From a virus: a stretch of 64,000 nucleotides of DNA. The DNA lies in the IMG/VR virus record IMGVR_UViG_3300045988_173816, positions 1-64,000 of that record. The stretch is one strand, 5' to 3'. Every line of letters begins with the position of its first letter. The stretch's first letter is position 1. Below, one piece after another: positions 16,612-25,098 of this stretch. The position numbers were made by a program, and so were the translations under genes. The notes beneath the pieces are model-generated. The model was given only the letters and a program-made list of their open reading frames with translations. It was not told the DNA's origin and did not search any database.

Positions 16612-17886
16612 ATGTATGTTTTGTCTATTAAATTAGATCCTAGAGGTTACGAAAAGCAGTTAGAAAAACGCTTTTGGTTGATGTATAAGTTGAAAAGAGC
16701 TACTATTCAGTGGTTCAATACACAGGAGCACAGAAGGGTATCCTCAGAAGAATATAAACTCCTAGCAACTGAATTTAAAGAGTATTTAGAGGTTAAAGAT
16801 ACTTTATCTAAAGCAGACCAAAAAGCTCAAGATAAAGAGTTCATGAAGAAGTGGGGCGAGTTAAATTCGACATTCAAGTTAGACTCTAGTAAGTTTGTGA
16901 AGTATACTGATTTGGGGCAAGCGACTAATATGTTCAGACGCTATTCCGAAGAAGGTTATGTGAATTGGTCTACCTTTGAAGATTTAGCTTTAGCAGTTAA
17001 GAAAGGGTATTTGAAGCGCAGAAAACAACCTAACTCAGAGAATACTATGAAAATTCCTCGCTATGTAGACTTTCATGGTTTTATTGTTCGTAAGCGTAAT
17101 TTAAATATCACTCAAGATGGGTTATATTTAGGTGGAAATAGAGGAGCTGAGAAAGAGAAGGGTATTTACTTACCGTTTGATTTTGAAGCAAACAAAGGTA
17201 AAGATATTGAGTTAGCTTATGCCTTATCTGAACAAAAGATGTCATATTGGGGTATTTATCGAAAACAAGACAAGTTTGGAAATTGGGTTTATTACGCACA
17301 GATTATATTTGATGGAGAACCTTATCGTTACCAGCTTGTTAAAGGTAACGAAAAAGTTCTTATTTCAGTTGATGTAGATACTTTAGAGTTGACTGCAACC
17401 AATAGTAAGAATACTATTCGTTATGATTTAACTAGAGATTTCGGTATCTCAGATAAATTATCTAATTTGGATCGTTTGATTGAAAACTCTCGTCGAGTAA
17501 ACAATCCTCAAAATTTCAATGAAGATGGTACAATTAAACAAGGTCGTCTCAAGTGGAACAATACGAAGACTTATTACAAATTGTTAGGTAAGCGCAGATA
17601 TATTTGGCACAAGCTAACTCAGACTCGTAAGAACTTTTATGGTCGCGTAATCAATGATTTGTTAGGTTTTGGTTCTGAATTTGAGGTTCACATGCAAGAC
17701 TTCAAAGCATTGCAGGAGCGTATCCAGTATAACAAGGAAACTATGTCTTGGTTTGACTCTCGCAAGTCAAGAGGTGCTGAGATTATGTTCAATGCCCCTT
17801 CTGAGTTTATTCGAATGTTAGATACTAAATTAGCGTATAATGGTTTATCAGCAGTAAAACAAATAAAAGTAAAAGAAAAACAATAA
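16612..17886 (+). CDS. Truncated TnpB/Cas12-like protein (424 aa), predicted nuclease-dead
   Basis: Aligns by eye to the 482-aa neighbour (RRVNNPQNFNEDGTIKQG; FEVHMQDFKALQ versus FVVEQISFKELQ, so RuvC-II Glu is His). It ends before the zinc-ribbon/RuvC-III segment. Confidence 0.65.
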   Translation: MYVLSIKLDPRGYEKQLEKRFWLMYKLKRATIQWFNTQEHRRVSSEEYKLLATEFKEYLEVKDTLSKADQKAQDKEFMKKWGELNSTFKLDSSKFVKYTDLGQATNMFRRYSEEGYVNWSTFEDLALAVKKGYLKRRKQPNSENTMKIPRYVDFHGFIVRKRNLNITQDGLYLGGNRGAEKEKGIYLPFDFEANKGKDIELAYALSEQKMSYWGIYRKQDKFGNWVYYAQIIFDGEPYRYQLVKGNEKVLISVDVDTLELTATNSKNTIRYDLTRDFGISDKLSNLDRLIENSRRVNNPQNFNEDGTIKQGRLKWNNTKTYYKLLGKRRYIWHKLTQTRKNFYGRVINDLLGFGSEFEVHMQDFKALQERIQYNKETMSWFDSRKSRGAEIMFNAPSEFIRMLDTKLAYNGLSAVKQIKVKEKQ

Positions 17887-17891
17887 ACCTC

Positions 17892-17920
17892 TTGACAATC
17901 AAGAGGTTTTATGCTATACT
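17892..17920 (+). promoter_or_regulatory. sigma-70-type promoter for array 2, with its -35 inside terminator hairpin 17888-17910
   Basis: TTGACA, 17 nt, TGCTATACT; hairpin CCTCTTGA-CAA-TCAAGAGG plus TTTT. Confidence 0.75.
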
Positions 17921-18018
17921 TATAAATAGTTAGGGCAGTTCACAGTCCTGTGGAGATATTTTATATCTTTGCGAATAACCTTGCATAAAGGGAAACTACG
18001 GTAAGAACTTAGTTGTGA

Positions 18019-18684
18019 GGTTTTGGTACTGGCTTGTTTGTACACATAGTGAAACATCGGTTGCTTGAACTTGTATATAACAAGCGTTTTAATAACTGTT
18101 TGTATACTTAGTGAAACGACTGCCTGTTTTTCAGCAATGAGTCAGATGTTTAGGTGCTTAGTTCTTCATTTGGTGAAATACTAGACTAGATAACTCTTGA
18201 TTGCTAAAGGTGTTGGTACTCGTTAATTTGTACACTTGGTGAAACTCCGTTACTAGCCACATGAACAACAAAGAAGTTTTGGTTCTTGTATATGTAAATT
18301 TAGTGAAATCTGGTTAACCGAATAATGTAAAACAAACCTATTTTGGTATCGGTTTATTTGTACAATTAGTGAAATTCGTTTTTGTTAACAACTTTAGATT
18401 TCTATTAAGTTTTGGTACTAGTTAATTTGTATAGGTAGTGAAACTCAGTCAAAGCAGATATAGTAGTGAACTCATTTATTTGTAACTCTTTGGTATTCAA
18501 AATTTAGGTGTTTGTTTATTTGTACACTTAGTGAAACTTCATCGAAAATCAGGTAAAACTCTCTTCTGAGTTTTAATCTTAGTGAAATAAGCTATATTTA
18601 CGAATATTAGTAGTTGATTTAGTGTATTTATCATTTTAAACGGTGTTAAATATATAGCGTAAAGCTGATTACTTTACGTGAAAC
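18019..18684 (+). CRISPR. CRISPR-like array 2: about 9-11 strongly degenerate repeats (19-37 nt) with 29-33-nt spacers
   Basis: Repeat 3' ends (TTAGTGAAAC/T) at 18055, 18117, 18179, 18245, 18309, 18375, 18444, 18537 and 18588, possibly 18684. Consensus GTTTTGGTACT...TTTGTACANTTAGTGAAAY. The 5' GGTTTTGGTACT is shared with array 1. Confidence 0.7.
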
Positions 18685-18798
18685 AAATTATACATATAGA
18701 AAGGTTCTTATTTTCCGACTTTTACTTGTCTTAAAGGAACGTACTCTAGGTTTAATTTGTGATGTTTCATATTTTCTTCTTTTTAGCAGCGCTAGAAA

Positions 18799-18874
18799 GA
18801 AGGTGGAGATTAGTAGAACTGTTGCTCCAATTACAGTTCGGTCTAAGTTTGAGGTTCGAGTCCTCAAGTCTTCA
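18799..18874 (+). ncRNA. 76-nt tRNA-like element with a 10-nt loop containing CTCCAA
   Basis: Acceptor GAAGGTG/AGTCTTC (6 of 7 pairs), T-arm TGAGG-TTCGAGT-CCTCA, central stem AACTGT/ACAGTT with loop TGCTCCAATT; D-arm poor. Confidence 0.35.
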
Positions 18875-18905
18875 TTCCAATTTAGCAGTTTGGACAGAAG
18901 AATAA

Positions 18906-18929
18906 AGCAGATGTTTGTCTGCTCTTTTT
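18906..18929 (+). terminator. Rho-independent terminator
   Basis: AGCAGA-TGTTTG-TCTGCT followed by CTTTTT. Confidence 0.65.
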
Positions 18930-18946
18930 CGTAGGGAGAAAATTTT

Positions 18947-18990
18947 ATCTCAGATAGCTCTCAGAAGTCCCAGATTGCCTCAGATTAAAT
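18947..18990 (+). promoter_or_regulatory. Four CAGAW repeats phased about 10 bp apart
   Basis: atCTCAGATAgctCTCAGAAgtcCCAGATTgcCTCAGATTaaa; a related pair plus an inverted copy lies at 39931-39990. Confidence 0.4.
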
Positions 18991-19066
18991 TCTAAATGTG
19001 AGGTTGATAATTTATATCTCCTAAACTTAAAACTCGTTAGAAAGCAAATTAGAATGGTTTTACGTT

Positions 19067-19279
19067 ATGAATGAAAAAGATAAGAAAGTAGTAGACTTTT
19101 TAAAAGCACAGAGACTCTTCATAGCAGATAAGAATCGGTATCAATACTTGACGGACTTGATTTCTGCTTTTGAAAACGGTATTTATTCCTCAGATATGTC
19201 AGAGGAAGAGTTGCCACATAAGGTTTGGTTGAACATTCAAATGGCTCTAGGTGGGTGGTTTGAGCGAGACCTTGATTAG
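19067..19279 (+). CDS. hypothetical protein (70 aa)
   Basis: ORF track; weak RBS. Confidence 0.55.
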   Translation: MNEKDKKVVDFLKAQRLFIADKNRYQYLTDLISAFENGIYSSDMSEEELPHKVWLNIQMALGGWFERDLD

Positions 19280-19282
19280 GGG

Positions 19283-19999
19283 GTGCGAATTTTGTTTTTA
19301 AACAAGTCTGAAATTTTAGCTCGATTGAGAGACTTAGATTTAAAGTCAGAAGGAGTATCTTCACCAACTGAGGTGCTAATTGTAGGTGGTTCTGCACTAG
19401 CCTTACTAGGTGAACCTCGACTAACTTCGGATATTGATTACCTTGGTTCTCTTAACTATTTACCTAAAGAGTACCTAGCAAGTTTAGGTTTTTCAAATAA
19501 TGTGAAGACTTTTTTCGCTTTGTACGGTACTGATGAATATAGCGCTTTAGAACTGAGTGGGTTTAAGAATTTAATCGTTAAAGTTCTGTCTTACGAGGAC
19601 ATAACAGTTATGAAGTTGTTCTCTTCACGCAAGAAAGATTTAGAAGACCTAATTCAATACATACTTCCTAAATTGACAAGTTATTCTAAATTAAAGCAGA
19701 AGATTGAAACTTATAAAGAGTATTATTTCTTTAATTCTGACTTACCTGAATTGAACCTGAACCAGTTTGACTTAATTAGAGACAGATTAAGAAAAGAACA
19801 GAGGGTTATTTTGGTAGAAGATGCTTCAGTTTCTTTAGGTACTTTCTTAAAGTCACTTCGATTATTGACTTATACTCAGAACACCTATGGAAGAGATTCT
19901 ATGTCTCACTGGTTAGATAAACCTTTAATTGAAGTTGCAACTCAAACTAGTCTGCTGGGGTATCTTTATGCTCACAAGGGTTTAAAAGTTTTAATTTAA
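19283..19999 (+). CDS. minimal nucleotidyltransferase (MNT/DUF6036-like) domain protein
   Basis: LIVGGSALALLGEPRLTSDIDYLG NTase-fold motif; start uncertain (GTG 19283 or TTG 19292). Confidence 0.5.
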   Translation: MRILFLNKSEILARLRDLDLKSEGVSSPTEVLIVGGSALALLGEPRLTSDIDYLGSLNYLPKEYLASLGFSNNVKTFFALYGTDEYSALELSGFKNLIVKVLSYEDITVMKLFSSRKKDLEDLIQYILPKLTSYSKLKQKIETYKEYYFFNSDLPELNLNQFDLIRDRLRKEQRVILVEDASVSLGTFLKSLRLLTYTQNTYGRDSMSHWLDKPLIEVATQTSLLGYLYAHKGLKVLI

Positions 20000-20009
20000 G
20001 GGGAAGTTC

Positions 20010-20471
20010 ATGACACTAAAAACATTACAAAAACTAGACAAGGAACTTAATTACTTGTTGAAAGATGGAACGCTCGAAGAGGTTCTAACTTTTCTCGGTA
20101 TCCGATACTACGAAGGTAGTCTAAACTATGGTAATGAGAATAGACTTGTCTACGAATTTGAAGGTAATGGTCTGATAGCCATTTCGATTTCTACTATAGA
20201 CGGTTCGGTTAAATTATGGGGTAAAGTTCATAATTCTATTACTAGTGGACGCTATCGTTCCTTTTGGGTATGGTTGATTCAACACTATAATCTACTATTT
20301 GAGCGTTTGATTTATTTGTTGAATGAGGAGTATAAGTCTCTAGGTGATTTAGAATACACAATCGATATTCAAGGTGAATGTTTCAATCTTGAATTACCTT
20401 CTAATAATTTAGATTCACTGGAAACTGTAAAACTCGTTTTACTTTCAGCGGTTGACTTAGAGAAATTATAA
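20010..20471 (+). CDS. hypothetical protein (153 aa)
   Basis: ORF track; RBS AAGGGGAAG. Confidence 0.7.
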   Translation: MTLKTLQKLDKELNYLLKDGTLEEVLTFLGIRYYEGSLNYGNENRLVYEFEGNGLIAISISTIDGSVKLWGKVHNSITSGRYRSFWVWLIQHYNLLFERLIYLLNEEYKSLGDLEYTIDIQGECFNLELPSNNLDSLETVKLVLLSAVDLEKL

Positions 20472-20473
20472 TC

Positions 20474-20731
20474 ATGAATTATTCACACTTGTGGAAAACT
20501 CTCCAAAATTATGTGCATAACTTTTTAAGTTTCATGGATCAACATCCTTACGTATTCGTAGGTTTGTTAATCTTTCTGTTTTTGAGTTGGTTTCGAATTG
20601 GTTGGCTCATGTTTCATAGAGCTAAGACTAAAGCAGATAAGAAGAAAACTGTGCAATGGTTTTTCAATGGGTTGATTGTCTTACTTTTAGTATCCCTTTT
20701 GTTGCTTTTATTAGTTATGGGAGTGTTTTGA
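20474..20731 (+). CDS. small membrane protein (85 aa, 2 TM)
   Basis: YVFVGLLIFLFLSWFRIGWLMF and GLIVLLLVSLLLLLLVMGVF. Confidence 0.65.
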   Translation: MNYSHLWKTLQNYVHNFLSFMDQHPYVFVGLLIFLFLSWFRIGWLMFHRAKTKADKKKTVQWFFNGLIVLLLVSLLLLLLVMGVF

Positions 20732-20743
20732 GTAGTATAATAC

Positions 20744-20772
20744 TTGACTTATTCTTTTATTTGTGTTATAAT
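20744..20772 (+). promoter_or_regulatory. sigma-70-type promoter
   Basis: TTGACT, 17 nt, TGTTATAAT. Confidence 0.75.
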
Positions 20773-20813
20773 AAGACATACTTAAAATAAAAGATAAATA
20801 GGAGAGCAAAATT

Positions 20814-21161
20814 ATGGCTACAACATATAAATTAGGTTTGTGTGACAACCGACATGAAATAAAAGATGTAACAACTTACATCTTTTCTGAAGGTGATATT
20901 AGCTTCCCTATTAACCCTAAGACTTTGAGAAATAAAGTTGTAGAAAAGTTCAATGAGTTAGGCTTTACTGATGGTGATGATTTAGTCATTTATGTGACTG
21001 GATTGACTCCAGCTTTAACTGCGGTTATTAGAATTGCATTTAAACATTCTATGACTTTAACTGCGATGCACTATGATAAGGATTCTAAGTCCTATATTAA
21101 AGATGTAATCTTCTCTCAGAATGATGTAGATGATTCGTCAACAGTTTCTACAAACTATTAA
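20814..21161 (+). CDS. hypothetical protein (115 aa)
   Basis: ORF track; RBS TAGGAGAG. Confidence 0.7.
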   Translation: MATTYKLGLCDNRHEIKDVTTYIFSEGDISFPINPKTLRNKVVEKFNELGFTDGDDLVIYVTGLTPALTAVIRIAFKHSMTLTAMHYDKDSKSYIKDVIFSQNDVDDSSTVSTNY

Positions 21162-21198
21162 ATAGTTAAAACTTTATTTAACTATTTAATAGTTTTTT

Positions 21199-21228
21199 CT
21201 TGCACTTTATTTTGATTTGTAGTATAAT
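21199..21228 (+). promoter_or_regulatory. sigma-70-type promoter
   Basis: TTGCAC, 18 nt, TATAAT. Confidence 0.55.
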
Positions 21229-21253
21229 AAACTTATCACAGATGGAGGTTTCT

Positions 21254-21778
21254 ATGTATAGAGATAGTGAATTAACTCAGTCTACTTATAAATTAAACCA
21301 AGTAGCAAAGATGTTAAGTGTAACTCCTACTACATTAAGGAATTGGGAGAAGATAGGGAAGGTTGAGTTTGATAGAACTCCTACAAATATTAGATGTCTC
21401 CCTAGAAATAAGTTGATAGACTTGTTAGATGAACAAGGTTTGTATTACAATGACAGTAATACTCAACAAAAAGATGTTATTTATGCTAGAGTTTCGTCTC
21501 ATGACCAAAAGAAACAAGGTGATTTAGATAGTCAAGTTCATTTCTTAGTGACTGAGATTAAAGATTTACAAAATGTCGTTGTACTTTCAGAAGTTGGTTC
21601 TGGTGTAGATGATAAACGAAAGAAACTCCAACAACTTATTAAAATGGTTATGAGCAATGAAGTGAATAGGGTTTTTATTGCTAATAGAGATAAATTGGCT
21701 CAAGTGGGTTTTCACTATTTAGAGACAGTCTTTAATGCTAAAGGTGTTGAGATTATAGAAGTTAAACAAGATATGTAA
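21254..21778 (+). CDS. tnpA: IS607-type serine recombinase (MerR-like HTH plus resolvase catalytic domain)
   Basis: YKLNQVAKMLSVTPTTLRNWEKIGK HTH and VIYARVSSHDQKKQGDLDSQ catalytic-Ser motif; start set to the ATG at 21254 behind RBS GATGGAGG (the track start lies in the promoter). Confidence 0.7.
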   Translation: MYRDSELTQSTYKLNQVAKMLSVTPTTLRNWEKIGKVEFDRTPTNIRCLPRNKLIDLLDEQGLYYNDSNTQQKDVIYARVSSHDQKKQGDLDSQVHFLVTEIKDLQNVVVLSEVGSGVDDKRKKLQQLIKMVMSNEVNRVFIANRDKLAQVGFHYLETVFNAKGVEIIEVKQDM

Positions 21779-21819
21779 GAACGGTCTATATAATAAACCT
21801 ACATAGAAAGGAGACATAC

Positions 21820-23154
21820 ATGCGTAAGCGAAAATATATTGTGGTTACACAATTACACGAGCAAAATAACAAAGATTTGATTGAATATGTAGAAGTTGCT
21901 CGTCATGCTTACGCTAAAGCTGTGCGTGAAACTTTCTATTGTATTAAAAACTTAGAAGAGTTTAATAAGTCTAGTTTTAACACTTATTTACAAGACTCTT
22001 ACAGTATTACCAAACGAACTGCTAACTCAATTATATCAGATGCTCAAGGTCAAATAAATAGGCTCAAAGGGTTAAAATGTTATGAGAAAACTCAGTTAGA
22101 GCGAAAAATAAAGCAGTTGGAAACAAATGTTATTCCAAAACTAGAACAAAAACGAGATGATACCTCAACTATGTTGAGGTTAGGTTTAGCGGTATCCTTA
22201 GTTTCTCAACGAAATTTAAGGCGCAAGATAGTTGCTAAGAAACAAAAGTTAAATCGCTTAAAACAAAAATTAGCTAATTTAACTTATCAGATTGAAACTT
22301 CTAGTTTTAAATTGTGTTTTGGTACAAAATACTTGTTGCAAAGAGATTATACTGCCTTTGTAGAAGGTAGAGACAGTCAGATGTCTTTCGTGGGTGCGAA
22401 ATGTGAAACCTCTTGTAATCATCAACTACAACTTAGGTATAACTCTAAAAATAATCAATTTGAACTTAAGATGCGAAAAGATTTTGGTGGATTTAAAGAC
22501 TTAAAAGGCTCTGGTCGTTTCGTACTTGGTAAACTTTACTTTAGACATCATAAGGATAAGATAGTCCGTATCCTTAAAGAGAAGAATAGTCCTCTAAGTT
22601 TTAAAATTATCAAGAGAAATAATAGATACTATCTCTATTGTACGTTTGAAGTACAACTTGATTCTGATGATTTCTTAACACGTTCTACTTATGGTACTAT
22701 TGGTTTAGACTTCAATAAAGGGTTCATTACTTTGTCTGAGATTAATCGATATGGTCACTTAGTTCAAACTCAGTTTTTACCTTATCGGTTTAAGTCTGGG
22801 AATAGAACTAGAACCGATTTACAACAGATTGTAGCTAATGTAGTGCATTTGTCATTGAATGAGGGTAAGGATTTATGTATTGAAAATTTGAACTTTGATA
22901 GAAAAAGAGCTAAAACCGAAACAAAACAAGGTAAGAAGTATAATGATATGATTCATTCTCTTGCATATAGTCAGTTTGTAGATTTAGTAGAAACTATAGC
23001 TTACAGGAATAAAGTATTTATTAGGAAGGTCAATCCAGCTTGGACGAGTTGGATTGCAAAACAGAAATATTGTCCACAAATGAAGCTAAATGTTCATGTC
23101 GGAGCTTCATTTGTAATTGCAAGACGTGGACAAGGTTACAAAGACACCGTATAA
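21820..23154 (+). CDS. tnpB: TnpB (IS607-associated type, 444 aa)
   Basis: RuvC-I IGLDFNKG, RuvC-II LCIENLNF, C-term NPAWTSWIAK...HVGASFVIARRG. Confidence 0.75.
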   Translation: MRKRKYIVVTQLHEQNNKDLIEYVEVARHAYAKAVRETFYCIKNLEEFNKSSFNTYLQDSYSITKRTANSIISDAQGQINRLKGLKCYEKTQLERKIKQLETNVIPKLEQKRDDTSTMLRLGLAVSLVSQRNLRRKIVAKKQKLNRLKQKLANLTYQIETSSFKLCFGTKYLLQRDYTAFVEGRDSQMSFVGAKCETSCNHQLQLRYNSKNNQFELKMRKDFGGFKDLKGSGRFVLGKLYFRHHKDKIVRILKEKNSPLSFKIIKRNNRYYLYCTFEVQLDSDDFLTRSTYGTIGLDFNKGFITLSEINRYGHLVQTQFLPYRFKSGNRTRTDLQQIVANVVHLSLNEGKDLCIENLNFDRKRAKTETKQGKKYNDMIHSLAYSQFVDLVETIAYRNKVFIRKVNPAWTSWIAKQKYCPQMKLNVHVGASFVIARRGQGYKDTV

Positions 23155-23421
23155 GTTCTTTGAACAGACAACCTTATACAAATGTATTAACTGCAAGACA
23201 AGTTAGCATTTCCCTGTAAGGTGGTGTTAAGTAGAAGCTTTAACAATAAGTGCTATTGTGTAGCTTTTAAAGTTGAAATAGTATGAGTTAAAGTGGAATA
23301 GGTTAACTGTAAGACCTTAAGTTGAAAAACTTTAAAATTGACCTTAATGATTTTATAATTATTGAGTTACGGTTGCTTGTCCGTAGTATTTTAATAGAAT
23401 TAAAAGTGAAGGAGAATTACC

Positions 23422-24258
23422 ATGTCTATTGTTACATTTAAAGATTTTACGATTGACAATATTACAGATAGAGTCCATAATGTACGTGAGTTTCACGGTA
23501 CTTTCGCAGATAACTACACAAATATTTGTGAGATTTTAATTGAGATTTCAACTACTATTGACGGTAAAGAGGTTGAGTTAGATATGACAATCGAACCACA
23601 AGAAATTGGAGAATATGGTTGTTATGGAGATGATAGAGACAAAGGTTTCGGTATCTCTACTGAAATTTTCAAAGATTTGATTTCTCATGCTATTGAAGGT
23701 GTAGATACTTTGACTTTGAATGACTTTATTCATCATTATTTTGAAAAGTTTGGGCATACACATAGCGTAGAATTGCGTTATGGGAAACGTGCTTATCTAG
23801 GTCACACAAGTTTGTATTTGACAACTGAGGAGTCTAAGACTAAGAACGCTGTGTCTTTGGTAGATATTCTAGGTGATAAAGTACAGTTAATAGATTTAAC
23901 AACTGAGGTTATTTCATTTACTTTAGATGATGTGACCGTAGAGCAAGTTGAAGAATTAGTTGAGGGTGTGAAACTTAGTAAATCGAATCACAGAGCCTAT
24001 GAATTATCTTTAGACCACTTGCAATATGCAAAAGAGGTAGCAGAGAAGCGTAGTTCTTTTGTTTATTACAAGTCAGCTTTGGAGTTATTACTAGAAGTTA
24101 AATCAAAACACCCTTGGGGAATCCTTCCATTGGAGCTTGTTTGCAAAAACAATATTGTCAGAGGAGAGCTTAAATCTTTGCTCCCAAGTTCAATTAAGAA
24201 AATGGAAGGTGATAACCTTGTTTATAGTTTGGAAGAGTTGTTGAGAAGGGTTAAGTAA
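23422..24258 (+). CDS. hypothetical protein (278 aa)
   Basis: ORF track; RBS GAAGGAGA. Confidence 0.7.
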   Translation: MSIVTFKDFTIDNITDRVHNVREFHGTFADNYTNICEILIEISTTIDGKEVELDMTIEPQEIGEYGCYGDDRDKGFGISTEIFKDLISHAIEGVDTLTLNDFIHHYFEKFGHTHSVELRYGKRAYLGHTSLYLTTEESKTKNAVSLVDILGDKVQLIDLTTEVISFTLDDVTVEQVEELVEGVKLSKSNHRAYELSLDHLQYAKEVAEKRSSFVYYKSALELLLEVKSKHPWGILPLELVCKNNIVRGELKSLLPSSIKKMEGDNLVYSLEELLRRVK

Positions 24259-24259
24259 C

Positions 24260-24679
24260 ATGACAGTGCCAAAAATAAGAGCTTGGGATTCAGAGCTTTG
24301 TCTTATGATCCCAGATAATTGTTTAGAAAAAGATGTAAGTGGTAAAATTTATGTAGTTTGTTCACCTGTTACCGGTAGGAAGTTACTGATTGCGCATGAA
24401 ATAGATCCACAACATGTTATGCAATCTTTCCATGTCTTTGATAAAAGATTGAACGGTACTGAGCTTTATGAGGGTGATATTGTAGAGTTTGAAGATTATA
24501 ATTCAGACTATGGCGATACCTATATGAATTTTGGTGTCGTGGAGCTTACTGACTTAGGTTTAAACATAACTAATCGTTTTGAGGTTGAGTTAGAAGATTT
24601 ATTACTAGGTAATAATCAACTTGACGTGAAAGTTGTTGGTAACATTTATCAGAACAAAGATTTGTTAGAGGAAAATTAA
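24260..24679 (+). CDS. YopX-family protein
   Basis: IRAWDSE... ELYEGDIVEF ... VVGNIYQNKDLLEEN, the C-terminal hallmark of YopX. Confidence 0.7.
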   Translation: MTVPKIRAWDSELCLMIPDNCLEKDVSGKIYVVCSPVTGRKLLIAHEIDPQHVMQSFHVFDKRLNGTELYEGDIVEFEDYNSDYGDTYMNFGVVELTDLGLNITNRFEVELEDLLLGNNQLDVKVVGNIYQNKDLLEEN

Positions 24680-24680
24680 G

Positions 24681-25098
24681 ATGACATTTAATTTGAAACA
24701 ACTGCAAAAAACTATATACAGAAAGTCAGTTGACTGATTTTGCTTTGAAAGATTTACCAACTTATCCAGACTCTTATACATTGGTGAGTTTGACTGAGTT
24801 GATAGAGTTTGAGTCTGAACTACGTAAGCAGTTTCGTGGAGTCTTTGTAAAACAAGAGGTTCAACATTATCAATATGATTTTGAAACTGGTACAGTCTTT
24901 CTTTATAATGAGTATGTTGGCTTCTGAGACTTGTATCACTACAAAGTAACTATCTCAGAATTAGTAGATATTGTAAAAGGTAAGCGCTCTTTGGACGAAT
25001 TTCCGATTGACTCTGATTTAGACCTGTATTGGTTCCTAGAGAACCAAGAAAAGGAAGTCTTGCTAGGTTTGCTTTACAAAGCGTTGAAAGGGAAGTAA
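24681..25098 (+). pseudogene. Disrupted ORF: 18-codon head, +1 shift into 24730-24927, then an in-frame TGA with 57 further open codons
   Basis: Good RBS AGAGGAAAA precedes the ATG at 24681. The frame of 24730 has no ATG or RBS. Sequence after the TGA at 24925 reads DLYHYKVTISELVDIVKGKRSLDEF... up to the TAA at 25096. Confidence 0.45.

Larger units (their letters stand above)
21199..23400 (+). mobile_element. IS607-like unit (serine-recombinase tnpA plus tnpB plus 3' noncoding tail); ends not defined
   Basis: Gene pair typical of the IS607 family; 13-nt direct repeat TTAACTG(C/T)AAGAC at 23187 and 23303 in the tail; only one GGTATC in 2.1 kb. Confidence 0.5.

Noticed and set aside
21254-21778. 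Serine recombinase as the integrase of the whole element (prophage att logic with the tRNA fragment at 407-427)
   Set aside because: It is a small (174 aa) MerR-HTH resolvase-type enzyme directly coupled to a tnpB, which is the IS607 arrangement, not a large serine integrase. The tRNA fragment is inverted and 21 kb away.
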